A stretch of DNA of 64,000 nt, from NCBI GenBank assembly GCA_013416795.1, contig RQSC01000011.1:302320-366319 (forward strand), given 5' to 3'. The first letter of the stretch is position 1, and every line of letters starts with the position of its first letter. The notes below the pieces were generated by a model. That model worked only from the letters and a program-made list of their open reading frames with translations. It had not been told where the DNA came from and searched no databases. The stretch is from Prasinococcaceae sp. CCMP 1430. Taxonomy: Eukaryota; Plantae; Prasinodermophyta. The translations under genes were made by a program, and so were the position numbers. Below are positions 36,602-49,030 of the stretch, in pieces.

Positions 36602-38081
36602 CTACGCATCGTCTGAGTCCGACTCGTCGTCGCTGCCGTCATCGCTGTCATCACTGTCGCTGTCGCTGTCCGCGAGGAGAGCCGCCTGCTGGCGGAGCAA
36701 TTCGGCCTCCTGGTCCAGCGCCGCTTCGTCCAGCGGCAGCGGCGCCAAAGGCATCGGCAGCGTGGTGCCTGTTGCAGCCGGAGTGTTGCCGACGGCCTTC
36801 GTGACATCGATCTTGGCCTTGGGCAGAAGTTTGGCGTAGCCCTGCGCAAAGGCACGAACGGACGCGCGCACGTTGACAAGCACGACAGCGAGCGTGCATG
36901 CGGTCGGGGAGGGCAGCCGTCAGCACACGCCCGCACGAGGGGACAACACTCCCCGCAAAGGCGGAGGCTGGCACATCAGTGGAGAATTAGGTTGTGTTTG
37001 TAAGGTTGTCGTCACGCTGCGCTCCGATCATTCGATGTCATCACCGTGCCAACTTGGCGACAGGCGCGCCCACTTGCCCTTGCGCTCGCGCAGAACGAAG
37101 CCGCAGGATCTCGTTCAAGTGCGCCTTCGCGCGCGCGCGCGCGCACCTTCTTGTGCAGGTTGTGTAGGTTGTCGTAGTTGAAGCTCTCGTCCTTGGTGTT
37201 GAAGTTGTACGTCACGCAATGCGTCTTCTCCAGGGCATTGTAGTCTGTGACGACGCCCTCAGCCCACCCCTCCTCGAGCCAGTACACCAGTAGCGACTTC
37301 CCCATGAGCTGGAGCGGGTCGCCACGCAGGGCCGCGCCGAGCTCCTCCTCGCTGCCCATCATGAGCCCGGCGCTGTCAATGCGCCCCCGCTTCGCGCCAG
37401 CGCCGGTCTTTTGCTTCTTCGCAGCACCCCCGAGCTTGGCGCTCGCCGCGCGCTTGGCACCCTTCCGCAGCGTCGCAATCTGGCGCGAGCGCGCGGCGTC
37501 AGCGCCCACCGTGCGCACACCAGGCGGCGCGCTTTGCGGGATGACGCTGCGCCGCGTCGCAGAACAGCGCGGAACAGCTCGGCGCAGGGCGGTCCCGGGC
37601 GGCACGCGAGCAATGACCCGCACCTTCTTATCATCCTTCACCCGCAGCTTCTCCGACTCGCACCAGCCCATCTCCAGGTGCTCGCACAGCCCACGCAGCA
37701 TGCCGAGCACCTCGCCACCCTTGACGCTGCCCTCATCCATTGCGTACATCGCCTTGCACACAGCCTTCACAAGACATGCGAGCACCGGCCGCGGTGGTGT
37801 GAGCGCACGCGCGCGCGCGGCCGCCGCGGCAGAAGCAGAGCGGTGATCGGCACGCGCACGCGCCGCGCAGTGGGCGGCAGCGCCGACGGCGCGGTCAGCA
37901 ACGATCGCGCTTGATCAGGCCCGTCCCTCCCTCCTCTCCGGTGCCATCCCACCCCACCCCTGGCGCTTATGAGCTGTGTGGGCGCCGCAGCTCGCGCTCG
38001 CTGCGCGCGCGCCTGCGGCCGCGTGCGCACCGTGTAGGCGTCCATCTGCAACTTGACGCGCATTTCGTCCTGGGTCGGCAT
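36602..38081 (-). CDS. EMSY-like protein (ENT plus Tudor/Agenet), multi-exon
   Basis: Spliced LQMDAYT|AVCKAM resembles the ENT start; LMGKSLLVYW..EGWAEGVVTDYN....H.VTY resembles the plant EML Tudor domain; acidic C-terminus. Confidence 0.7.
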
Positions 38082-39149
38082 GGCACCGACCGCCGTCGCC
38101 CACGCCCTTCCTCACAGCCCCCCTCCCTTTGCCTCCCTGCCCTTGTCCCCCACGCGGTGCGCTGGCGCCGCCGCCGCCGCTCGCCGCCGCCGCGGCGGCC
38201 GCCACACCAGGCCCGCCTCTCACCCCCCCACCCACTCTCCCACCGCCGCACGCAGCTGCTCGCGCGCAGCAACGCCCTTGGCCACTTCGCTCAGGGCTGG
38301 CAAGCGCCCCGGCGGCGGGCGCCCCGCGAAACGCGCGCGAATTCGGCCGAAAGCAAAAGAGCTGGAAAACCAAAACCAAAACCAAAACCACAACCACAGC
38401 CCCGGTTGGGACCTCCCGGATGTGTTGGGGCTGACTGCATTGTACCAGGTACACACTAATATTCTATTCCTAACCACAACCAAAAACCAACCAAAACCAA
38501 AACTGGGAGTCCCGACCGACCGTTGGTGGCGGTGCCACCCCGACCTCGACCTCGGCACGCGTGCGCATCGTTGGCGGAGGTGCGGAGCGGAGCCCGGACC
38601 GAATGGAGCGTCGACGCGCGCGCGTGCCCCGCCCCCAATCCGACTGAGGGGCCTCGATCGGATCAAACCTCCCATCAACACGGCGGCGCCCGTCCGCCTC
38701 CAGCCCGGGCCGAACCGCAACGGATCCAACGAAACTCGCGGAATGAAACTTCATAAGTGTGCGAATCCATGCGGAACCCACACGCGGGGACTCTACCGAC
38801 CGCGCGCCCGCCTTTTTTTTTTTTTTGAAATGGGGGAGGGGAGGAAAGAATGCAGGCGACGAGAGGCCATGATCTCAGCCCTTTGTAAAAGGATCTAAAT
38901 CAAAAATTTGAATTTTTCGCGCGCGTGGCTGAGAGCGGGGTGCATGGGCGGGCGAGGCGCGGCGGGAGGGGACGCCACACCTCGCGCTCGGGGCGGGCGG
39001 ACGGGAGGGGGGGGGGGACCAGGTGGGTTGAGGAGGGCGAGGAGGAGGGGAGGAGAGAGCTGGTCGGAGGGCTGCGCGCCGGTGCGCGCCGCTGCGCGCC
39101 GCTGCGCGCCGCTGCGCCGGGATGGCGCTACGGCGCGGGCGATGACGCC

Positions 39150-42100
39150 ATGGACGTGGACGCCGACGCCGGCGCCGAAAGCGACGCGGGCGCCAGCCTC
39201 GCCTCGCCCGAGTCCCTGGCGCGCGCGCTGCGCGCCATCACCACGCGCCACGGCAAGCTGCTCTCGACGCGCAGCGAGGCCGTGCGCGCGGCGGCCGCGC
39301 TTTGCGGCGACGTGCTCGCGTGCGAGCGGTCGCCGGCGCAGGCCGTGGAAGACGCATGCGAGGCGCTGCGTGCGCTCTGTGTTGGCGGTGGCTTCGTCAC
39401 CGTGGCGCTCGCCGCGTGCGTGCTCAAGGAGCTGCTGCCATGCCTGCTCTACGGCGCTCCGCCCGCGGCCGCGAGCGTCAACCGCTCGCAGCCCACCATG
39501 AGCCGCGCCCAGAAGGCGTGCCGCGCCGCGGCGCTCGAGGTGGCGTTGTGTGTTGCCGACTCGACCACCAGCGCGGCGGCGGCGGCGCTCTCTCGCCAGC
39601 TCTGCCTTCGCGCCCCCGAGCGCGCCGACCTGCACAACCTGGCCATCGAGGCCGCGCGCGACCTCGTGCACACGCTGCCGCTCGCGGAGCGCCATCGCAT
39701 GGGCCGCTTCCTCGCCAAGCTCAGCAAGAACGGCAAGCCCGTGCGCCGCCAAGTCGCGGTCGAGCTCGCTGGCGAGCTGCTCGCCACCATGCCTGGTGCG
39801 CAGGACGAGATCCCGGCGGGCATGGAAATGGAGATCGTAACCCCCGGCTCCGTCGCCGGCACGCCGGGCTCAGTGTACGGCGGCACCCCCTCGGGCACGC
39901 CCGGTGGCGGTGGCGCGCGCTCGCCCTTCCCGGTCACACCCGGCGCTGCTGTTGGCACGCCGTACGCTTCCACACCAGCCAGTGCGACCGCCGGCACGCC
40001 GCAGCCGACCCCAGGCGCGTTTGGCCAGAGCGCCCCCCTCTCGTGGGGTGCGTCCTGCGCTGGCGTGGTGGTGGCGCGCGCGAGCGACCGCATGCCCGCC
40101 GTGCGTGCCAAGGCTTTGGCAGCGCTGGCGGTCGCACTGCGCGCACTCACCGCCGAGGGCTTCCACGGCCTCGTGGCGCGCGCAGCGAGCGCGTCGCCCG
40201 GAAGCACGCTCCTTACCACCGGTGCGCACACCGATGCACTTCTGGGCTTTACGGCCCCCACAGATGCTGGCACGAAGGCCACCGCGTCGACGCCGGTTGG
40301 ACCGACGCCCATGGACGACACCGCGGGCAGGGAGGGCATCAACGCCGCTGCGCGTGCGTCCGCACGCGCAATGGCGCCCCTGCTCTACCGCCGCGTGACG
40401 GACGTCAAGCCTGCGGTGCGCAAGGCAGCGCTAGCCGCGCTCGAGTCCCTCTGCACGTCCGCTGGCCACGCCACCCGCGAGGATATTGCAGCACTGTCCG
40501 CGTGCTGCTCCGACAGCCTCGTGAGCGTGCGACGGCAGGCTGCGGCGTCTCTCGGTGCGATGTGCGCGTGCCTGCCGAATGACCCCGCGCTTGCCCGTGC
40601 GGTCGCAGAGACGGTGCTTCCCCTCGCCGCGGACCCGGAGGCGCAGGTCGCAGACAAGGCCGCGGACGTCTGCGAGCAGGTCTTCCTCGCGCCCCTCGTG
40701 ACCGGCGACGCATCAGCCGCCGAGGAGGTCGCGAGCACGCTGGGTGCGCTTGCAGATGCGCCGAGCGCGATGGCGGCCTTGCCCCGCGCTCTTGGCGCGC
40801 TGCACGCCCGCAAGGCGGTGAAACCCGCGCATGTACGCGCGCTGCAGGCCTGCTGCGCCAAGGGCACGCGCACGAGCGCGCGCGCGGGAGCGCTGGCACT
40901 CCTCGCGCAGCTCGCGGACTGCGCGCCGGGCGCAGTGTCGGCGGAATTCATCACCGCGCAGTGGAAGAGTCTGGACGCGTCCTCTTCCGTCGAGGAGGAC
41001 TCCTCCATGGCCGACGTGCTTCGCATCATTGCCAAATGTGGCGCCTCTGCGCTGAGTGCCGATGCGGGCGGACAGATGACTGCGACGCTGGCGGGTCGCC
41101 TGGCCGCGTGCGCCGCGTCGCCCGCGACCGTATCGGCGATGATGGGCGCTGCCATCGCCTTGGGCGGCACGCGCGTCCTGCCGCCACTCATGGAGTCTGC
41201 TGCCAAGCGCGTTGTGCGCGCGGTGACTGCCGGCGATCTCGGCACCGGCTTCGAGTCAGGCGTGCAGGACAGCGCGCAGAGCGCGACTCTCGTTGCTGCG
41301 CTGTTCATGCTCGGCGAGTCAGCGCTCATCTTGGAGCGCGAAGCGCCCGCCGAGGCCGTCACTATGACTCAGGCGCTGCTGGGCGCGTACCTTGAACGCT
41401 CCGGCGACGCCAGCAGCGTGCGCGTGCCCTCTGTTGTGCGCGCGCACGCGTGGTGTGCCCTGGGCAAGATGTGCGTCGCGTACGAGCCGCTCGCCAAGAA
41501 GTGTGCGGTGCTTTTCGTCGCCGAAGCCGAGTCCGGGGCCGAGGCCGCAAGCCGCAACAACGCGCTCGTGGCGCTGTCCGACCTCTGCGTGCGCTACACT
41601 GCGGTCGTCGACGGGCGCATGGAGAGGCTGGCGTCATGCCTGCGCGATCCCTGTGAGCTGGTGCGCCGCCAGGCGATGCTCCTGCTCGCGTCGCTGCTGC
41701 AGCGCGACTACCTGAAGTGGCGCGGCGCGGTCTTCCACCGCTTCTGCCTGGCTCTTGTGGACGAGAGCCCTGCCATCCGCGACCTCGCCACGCACCTACT
41801 GGGGAGCACACTTGCAGCTAAGGTGCCCATGCTCGCGCACAATCACTTCGTGGAGGCCTTCTTTGTGCTCAACGCGTGCACGATCGGTCCTGGCGCGGGC
41901 GCTGCCGTTCCTGAGGGCGCCAAGGCCCGCTCCCTGTTCTGCCTCGAGGGGACGCACATGCGCTCTCGCCGTCTGGCCGTCTACCGCCGCCTGCTTGCCA
42001 CCATGACGCCCGAGCAGCGCTTCGCCTCTACTGCCCGCCTCTGCAGCGAAGTGCTCGGCTGCGTCGCGGACGGCGGCCTGCCGGTGAACGAGTGCGAAGA

Positions 42101-43067
42101 AGTCATCGCAGACGTCCTCAGCGTGCTTGCCAGCAAAGAGGCGCAGACTGGCGGCGCGCTGTCGACGAGCGCCGGCGCATCGGAGCCTGAGAATGCCATG
42201 GAGGCCGTTGCGGCCGCCAAGGGCCGTGTGGTGTCGCAGCTCATGCGCAAGAATACGCTCGAGAATGTGGTGCCCGTGCTTGTCGAGCTGCGTGCGCTGC
42301 TGCAGCGGCTGCGCTCGCCGCTGCAGGGGCACATGCTGGGCTGCGCGTGCGACGTCCTGCGCCCGCACCGCAACGAGCTGCGCGACGCGCTGGCGGCGGA
42401 CCCGCTCTTTGCCGCGGAGGTGGCCGACGAGATGCGACGCAGAGATGCGACGCGCGCCGCTGGCATGCAGGCGCAGCAGCAGCAGCCGAGCGCGCAGAGC
42501 GCACAGCAGCCCGCGCCGCAGCAGCCTGCCGAGCAGGCTGCGGCCGCGCCTGCGAATCGGACTCCCGCGACGGCCAAGACCGTGCGCATCGCCACCGAGG
42601 CGACGCCGAACGCCGATGCAAATGCCTCGCCCATGTACGCTGCCACGGGGACCCCAGGCGCGGGCCTCTCGGGCGGCACCGCCACGCTGCGGGCGCTCGC
42701 ATCGGCCGGCACCCCGCGACACTCGGAGATGTCGGTGCCGCGGTTGCGCACAACGCGCGCGCGTACGCGCGCAGGCGCCGCTGCCGCGCTTGCGAGCGGC
42801 TCGCCGTCACCCGGTGGCGCGCGACGCGTGTCAGGCGTGGCCTTCGACGGTAGCGAGGGCGCGCAAGCGCGCGCAGCGGCGACCGTGTGCGCCATCCGCA
42901 CGCCGGGCTCGGCTGCCGCTGGTCAGGAGCCCCGCGAGCGTTGGAATGTCACACTGGCCGCGCCAACCACAGACGCGAACGCCGACGCCGAGGACCTCGC
43001 TGCAGATGCAGACGCTGCTGCTGCTGAGGAGCCCAAGGCTGGCATGAAGCGCGCGCGTGGCGAGTGA
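39150..43067 (+). CDS. NCAPD3: Condensin II HEAT subunit CAP-D3
   Basis: HEAT repeats; RAHAW.ALGKMC, RNNALVALSDLCVRYTAVVD and LRDPCELVRRQ..LLL..LLQRDYLKWRG (Cnd1 region). Confidence 0.88.
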   Translation: MDVDADAGAESDAGASLASPESLARALRAITTRHGKLLSTRSEAVRAAAALCGDVLACERSPAQAVEDACEALRALCVGGGFVTVALAACVLKELLPCLLYGAPPAAASVNRSQPTMSRAQKACRAAALEVALCVADSTTSAAAAALSRQLCLRAPERADLHNLAIEAARDLVHTLPLAERHRMGRFLAKLSKNGKPVRRQVAVELAGELLATMPGAQDEIPAGMEMEIVTPGSVAGTPGSVYGGTPSGTPGGGGARSPFPVTPGAAVGTPYASTPASATAGTPQPTPGAFGQSAPLSWGASCAGVVVARASDRMPAVRAKALAALAVALRALTAEGFHGLVARAASASPGSTLLTTGAHTDALLGFTAPTDAGTKATASTPVGPTPMDDTAGREGINAAARASARAMAPLLYRRVTDVKPAVRKAALAALESLCTSAGHATREDIAALSACCSDSLVSVRRQAAASLGAMCACLPNDPALARAVAETVLPLAADPEAQVADKAADVCEQVFLAPLVTGDASAAEEVASTLGALADAPSAMAALPRALGALHARKAVKPAHVRALQACCAKGTRTSARAGALALLAQLADCAPGAVSAEFITAQWKSLDASSSVEEDSSMADVLRIIAKCGASALSADAGGQMTATLAGRLAACAASPATVSAMMGAAIALGGTRVLPPLMESAAKRVVRAVTAGDLGTGFESGVQDSAQSATLVAALFMLGESALILEREAPAEAVTMTQALLGAYLERSGDASSVRVPSVVRAHAWCALGKMCVAYEPLAKKCAVLFVAEAESGAEAASRNNALVALSDLCVRYTAVVDGRMERLASCLRDPCELVRRQAMLLLASLLQRDYLKWRGAVFHRFCLALVDESPAIRDLATHLLGSTLAAKVPMLAHNHFVEAFFVLNACTIGPGAGAAVPEGAKARSLFCLEGTHMRSRRLAVYRRLLATMTPEQRFASTARLCSEVLGCVADGGLPVNECEEVIADVLSVLASKEAQTGGALSTSAGASEPENAMEAVAAAKGRVVSQLMRKNTLENVVPVLVELRALLQRLRSPLQGHMLGCACDVLRPHRNELRDALAADPLFAAEVADEMRRRDATRAAGMQAQQQQPSAQSAQQPAPQQPAEQAAAAPANRTPATAKTVRIATEATPNADANASPMYAATGTPGAGLSGGTATLRALASAGTPRHSEMSVPRLRTTRARTRAGAAAALASGSPSPGGARRVSGVAFDGSEGAQARAAATVCAIRTPGSAAAGQEPRERWNVTLAAPTTDANADAEDLAADADAAAAEEPKAGMKRARGE

Positions 43068-43287
43068 CGAGAGGAGACGGGCCATCGCTGCGCGTGGGCG
43101 TGCTGTTGCCGCGCGCAGTATTAGGGCGAGTATATACACATTTTGTGCTCCACGCGCGTCGGGGTGCACATCGGCGCAGGTGCGCGCGTGTGCCACGCGT
43201 GCGATGCGAGTTTACAAAATTCAGCCCTCGCGCCCGTTGAGTGTGTGTGTGTCTGTGTGTATTGGTTTGCTCCAGCGCACGCGACGC

Positions 43288-44523
43288 CTACGCCTGCGCG
43301 TCGATCTCCTTGAGCAGCGCCTCTCCCATGGCGTTGCAGCCGACCTGCGTCATGCCCTCCGACATCAGGTCCCCCGTGCGCAGGCCCTTGTCCAGCACGG
43401 CGTTCACGGCATCCTCTATCCTCTGCGCGGCCGCCGGCTCGTCGAGCGCGTAGCGGAGCATCATGGCAGCGCTAAGCACCATCGCCAGCGGGTTCGCCTT
43501 ATCCTCGCCCGCAATGTCCGGGGCCGAGCCATGCACGGGCTCGAAGACGCCGGGCCACTGCGATGGCGAGCGCCCGCGAGAACGGCGCCAGTGGATGCGT
43601 CAGTGGCCAAGTCGCTGACGTGTACATTCGCGCGCGCGTGCGCATGGAAGCACGCGCGCGAGCGCGCGCGCGAGCGTTCATGCGCCGCAGCTCACCTTGT
43701 CGCCAATGGAGGCGCTGGGAAGCATGCCGATGGAGCCGGTGAGCATGGAGGCACAGTCCGACAGAATGTCGCCGAAGATGTTGCCCGTGAGCATCGTGTC
43801 GAACTGCGTGGGAGCGCGCACCAGCTGCATGGCGGCATTGTCCACGTACATGTGCGAGAGCGACACGTCGGAGAACTCCTTGCCGACCTCGTCAACGCGC
43901 GCGCGCCACAGCTGCGAGACCTCCAGCACGTTGGACTTGTCCACCGAGACGAGCTCGCCGCCGCGCTTGCGCGCGAGATCGAAGGCCACGCGCGCGATGC
44001 GGTCCACCTCGGGCTCGGAGTAGATCATGGTGTTGAAGCCCGTGCGATCGCCGGCGTCGTTCTCCCCGAAGCCGCGCGGCTCACCGAAGTAGATGCCGCC
44101 CACGAGCTCGCGCACGACCATGATGTCGGTGCCGCGCACGATGTCCTCCTTGAGGCTCGACGACGACACCAGCTGCGGCAGCACCACCGCGGGACGCAGG
44201 TTGGCGAAGGCGTCAAGGCCCGCGCGCAGCTTGAGCAGCCCGCGCTCGGGGCGCATCTCGGGAGGGTTGCTGTCCCACTTGTACCCGCCGATGGCCGACA
44301 GCAGCACCGCGTCACCCGCGCGGCACTTCTCGAGCGTCTCGTCGGGGCACGGCGAGCCCGCGGCGTCGATAGCGGCGCCACCGAGGTGCGCCTCGTCGAA
44401 GCTGAAGGAGATGTCCTCCTCCTTGCGCTCCACCGCCTTGAGCACGTCGAGCGCCACGCGCGTGATCTCCGGCCCGATGCCGTCGCCCGGCAGCACGGTG
44501 ATCTTGTGCGTGCGCGCGGCCAT
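43288..44523 (-). CDS. leuB: 3-isopropylmalate dehydrogenase (exons 44523-43696, 43557-43288; transit peptide may extend upstream)
   Basis: [36 protein letters not shown] and [13 protein letters not shown] motifs. Confidence 0.96.
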
Positions 44524-45948
44524 CGCCGCCGCCGCGCGGCGCGGCGCCAGGGGGGCGGGGAGCGGGGGAAGGGAGAAGGTGGGTGCGCTCGCGCGAGTGC
44601 GGCGTGTGCCGCCACCGCGCCGCCACCCGCGCCCACGAGCCGGCGGCTGGGAGGGTTTGATCTCGGATAAGGCTCCAATTTCATCGATGCGAACACAACA
44701 AGAGGAGGTCAAATCACACATGGAAAAACGCTTCGAGACACATTTCAATATCGTCTTTGAAACCTCGAGGTTCACCGCCTGCACGGCGGTACGCTATTGA
44801 GTACACAGACCCTCTTCCCAAACGTGTACATATATGTATACCCTAAAACCAAACCTTAACTACCGGCGGGCGGCGGCCCGCTTTTGATCCGGCGCGTCGC
44901 GCGCGAGGGCGGCCGGAGATCTGCCCGAGGGAGATGCGGGCGGGATCTCGAACGGGGGCCGCCGCCAACCCAATACAACAACAACGGACGGACGCAGCCA
45001 ACGCCTCATCAACAACACGTGCACCCGCGCTCATCATCATCACAAGCCACACCTACTACTTCTGTGTGTACCTGCACGCGGTAACGGACGGCGGACGGCC
45101 GCGTGGTGGGAGTGTGCTGGCCCTCCCGCCCGCCGAGCGACCCGCCAGGCGGACCCACACCTGGATACGATCGACGAGTTCGTCGTCGCACGCGCGAAGC
45201 CAGCGAGCGAAGCTCGCGAGAGCCCGGCGCCCACGCTGCTGGGCGCAGGCACAGGCAGGGCCTGCTCCTCCGCTGCTGCTGCGACGCGCCCAGGCAGCCA
45301 GCAGGTCAAACCACACGCGTCGATCGATCGGGCGGCGGGGCGGAGAGACAGACAGACAGGCGCATCAGACGCGCGACGCCAGCCGGGTGAGCGTGTGCCA
45401 TGCAAGTGCTGTCTGTACGTCGCTGTCAGGGAGAACCGTGGACGGCGAGTGCGGAGCTTCCCCAGCGGACCGACCGAGCCTTCGATCCGATCCGTCCGTC
45501 GACGCCGCACCGCATCGACGGCGCGCGTTTCATCGAAAGCCTGGAGGAGATGCGGAGACGTTGACTTCCGGTCACCGAACCCTAACCTGAGCGGACTGCT
45601 GGAGTCGATTTGAATATGTATAAATGCACTCATCAACAAACCCTTGAACCCTAAACAGGGCCGCGATCTGGGATCTCCCTGCGTTTTTTTTTTTTGCGCG
45701 TTTTTTTTTTTTGCGCGGGCGAAGGCAGAATCTCCGCCCGGCCGCGCGGCGGGCGCGTCCGACTTTTCGGAGATGGTCGTGCGCGAAGAATTTGTTCATA
45801 AGGTGTGCATAATTCGCGGAATGGCGCATGGAATTGGGGGCAATTATGCGAAACTCACGCAGGCGCGCGTGCGCGCAGCGGGCGCCACAGCGCGCGCGCG
45901 GGGCGCGGCTGGGGGGGGGCGTGTGTGTGGCTGCGCCCGCCGCCATGA

Positions 45949-46551
45949 CGCGCCACGCGCGGCTCGAACGCGAGCGGCAAAGCGGCGCGCAGTGGCGGTG
46001 ATCCGCGGCGCGGCGCTGCGCCGCCGCCAGCCGCGGCCGCCGTTGCACCCCTCGCACAGCAGTCCGGCGCCAATGCAAAGGTTGAGGCGCCGGCGCCGGC
46101 GGAGGCGCAGAAGCGGGAGGAGGAGATGTGCGCGTGCCAGTTCTGCGGCCTGGTCGATCCCGCGTTCGGCGAAGACGAGGAAGGGTTAGCGCTCGACGAG
46201 CACTACCTCTCCGCGTGCCCGATGCTCGTTGAGTGCCCCGGCTGCGCGCAGGTCATCGAAGTGATGACGCTCAACGAGCACCTCCTCGAGGAGTGCGAGG
46301 CGTGCGCCGCGTACGCGAGCTGCCTTGTGTGCGGGGAGGCGTTCCACGTCGACGAGCTCGACGGCGCGCAGACGTGCGGCGCAAACTGCGTTACGATGAA
46401 GTCGGCCGACTTCGCCGGGCGATGCCCGCTGTGTCACTGCGACATCGGCCCGGGCGAGGAGGGCTTCAGGGAGCACCTGCTCACCGATCTCGGCTGCCCG
46501 CAGAATCCGCGCGCGCTGCCGCGCGCGCCGCCGCGGGCGCGCCGGCGGTGA
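45949..46551 (+). CDS. CEP104: CEP104-type C-terminal zinc-finger array, without the N-terminal domains
   Basis: CQFCG...LDEHY...[25 protein letters not shown]...RCPLCH.DI.PGEE.F..HL....CP.NPR. Confidence 0.75.
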   Translation, partial: RATRGSNASGKAARSGGDPRRGAAPPPAAAAVAPLAQQSGANAKVEAPAPAEAQKREEEMCACQFCGLVDPAFGEDEEGLALDEHYLSACPMLVECPGCAQVIEVMTLNEHLLEECEACAAYASCLVCGEAFHVDELDGAQTCGANCVTMKSADFAGRCPLCHCDIGPGEEGFREHLLTDLGCPQNPRALPRAPPRARRR

Positions 46552-46816
46552 GTGGGGGAGGGATGGCCCTGGGGGATGGGATGTCGGGTGGGTGCGCGAG
46601 TTGGGAGCGGCGTCTCGCACTCGCGTGCATGCACCACAAACACGCACGCGCGACTCAGTATAATACACAAACACACATGCACACACGCACAACCACGCGC
46701 AGCACACGTTCGCGGCGCGCCACATCGCCATCGAAGTGCGTTCGGAGTGCGCGCTGCCACGGCCGATTGCATTACCCGGCGGGGCGCGCGCGCCGCCCCC
46801 AGCCCGCGTCGAAACG

Positions 46817-48532
46817 CTACATCCCCGCGTCCCCGTCCTCGCCCGCGCCTCCCCCTGGCGCCCCCGCGCCCGACCTCTCCTGCATCGCCGCCACCCTCTC
46901 GAGGAATTCCTGAACCTCGTCCGGGTCGCGCAAGCGAAAGTCGGCCGCGGTGCGCTTGGTGATCGACGCGACAATGACGCCCGCACCGCCGGCCTGCGTC
47001 GACGCGCGCGCCGAGGGAAGCGGGGCGGCAGACCGTGTCAGCGCGGCGCGCGCGGACGCGCGCGCGCATTGCGTGGGAGGGAGGTGGCGCTCCGCATGAC
47101 AGATAGAGTGGGAAGTGGCGCGGCGCCAACGATCCGCGGCAGCTCGGCTGGCGTACCTCGCGTTCGCGTAAGCAGCGGAAGGCATCCTCGTCGGTGGTGT
47201 CGTCCCCGAGGTAGATAGGCAGACACCCGGGGTCCGACGCGAGCCCCAGCGCCTCCAGCAGGTACGCCACCGCGCGCCCCTTATCCCAATCAATGCGAGG
47301 CTTGATCTCCATCACCTTGCGCCCCGAGCTTAGACGGAGGCGCTCCGAGTTCGCGGCGGCGACCTGTGTGGGCAAGCACGTGCGCGCGTGCGCGCGTGCC
47401 AAAGCACGCATTGGAACAGGCGTACGCGCGTCAGCGAGTGTCGGCTCGCGCGTGCGGACGCGCATCCGCGCATCCGCGCGCGCGCGCGCGCGCGCGCACC
47501 TCCTCGACCGTCTTCCACACCCTGGGCCAGTCCGACTCCTCGACGCGGCGGTAGTGCACGCTGAGACAGTATTTGTTGTGCTCCACCTCCGCACCGCCGA
47601 TGCCCGACAGCCGCCGCTTCAGCTCTGCGCATACCGCGTCGAGGAGCTCCACGTAGCCCTCCGCCGGCTGCAGATCGATGCAGCCATTAGCTGCGACGCT
47701 GTTGGCGCCGTTCGGGCGGCTGTCAGGAGCGTCCTGCCGGCTCTGACCGCCGGCGCCCGAGCCGCCCGCAGAGGACGCCTGCGCAGCACAGCGGCCGCCG
47801 TTGGCGCCCACGCCCGCGGGGCCGGCGCCGGCGCCCGCGCCCGTAGTGCTGATGCGCGGTCCGCAGATGTCGAGGCCGTGGCTTCCAGCGTAGTAGAGCT
47901 CGTCAATACGCACGAAGTCGAAGACCTTGTCGCGGCCACGGCCGCTGATGATGGCGCACGGGCACGTCGCGGCAACGCGGCGCACGGCCGACCGCATTGC
48001 GTCCGTCATGAACGCCTGCGCGAGCGAGGAGAACGACGCACATCAGCGCGGGAGGGGCAGGGTGCGAAGAAAACGTCCCATCCAGCAGACGGGCGTGTGT
48101 CAGCGCGCGCGCGTGGCGTCAGCGGCGTCGTTGGTGTCTGCGTGAGCGCCCTCATGCTTGGCCATGGGGCATGCACATGCGCTAGCGAGCGCACGGGCGC
48201 GGATGCGCGTGCTCTCTCTCTCCCCCGCGCATCCTGCACACGCGCTTGCGCGCTCGCGCGCTTGTGCGCTTGCTCGAGCGCGCGCCGTCGCCTGCACGCT
48301 CGTGCTCGCGCGTGCGCCCGCGCGAGGGCCGGTGTCGGGCGCGCACCTTCTCAGGCTCGGCGACGATGTGCGAGAGCGTGCCGTCGTAGTCGAGGAAGAC
48401 GGCCAGCCGCTCGTAGCTGCGCGCGAGCGCCTCGAAGGCCGCCCAGTCGGCGAGCGCCGAGGGCAGCTCGGTTGACCGCCGGTCGCCCGTGCCCACATCC
48501 TCACCCGCTGCCGCCCGCGCCGCATCCGCCAT
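46817..48532 (-). CDS. Trehalose-6-phosphate phosphatase (4 exons)
   Basis: LPSAL..., [38 protein letters not shown] and [15 protein letters not shown] motifs. Confidence 0.93.
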
Positions 48533-48569
48533 CCGCGGCTTCACAGCACGCTCGGCAGACTTCTCCGAC

Positions 48570-49030
48570 CTGAAAAAAAAAAACAAAAATAAAACAGGAC
48601 GAAAAATAATGAAAATGAAAATGACACTCAACAGAAACGGCGACCGAGACAGGAACAGAAACAAAAAACTTTTAAAAGATACAGTTTTATTCTAAATTAT
48701 GAAAATTTTAGAACGAAGTTTCGCAGCAAAGAAAAAGTTTCGCAACTACGAACTGAAGTCAAAACGAACTGAAGAAAATAAAAGAGAGAAAAGAACAAAT
48801 AAAATAAAATAGAAACGAAATAATAAAATAAAATAATAAAATAAAACAGCTTCGCCTAAAAAAGAACCGAACCGACAGACAGAGCGGGAAGCCAAGCAAA
48901 AGCCACCCCAAACGACGGCGTTCGCGCGGCGCCTTTTCCCTTTTTTGTTTGTGTGTGTTTTTTTGTGGGGTCCGCAGCCCAATCAAAAACGGACGCCTGG
49001 TTGTTTGTTGAAGGTTTTTTTTTTTTTCGC
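48570..49030. other. AT-rich low-complexity island between divergent TPP and MO25 genes
   Basis: A-rich (AAAAT)-like runs, then T-rich runs, against a very GC-rich background. Confidence 0.7.

Noticed and set aside
45575-45700. AACCCTAAAC after a TATA-like box and before poly-T, as a telomerase RNA
   Set aside because: The implied transcript would be only about 40 nt and no clear USE is present. Telo-box promoter motifs explain it more simply (also seen near 5128-5138).
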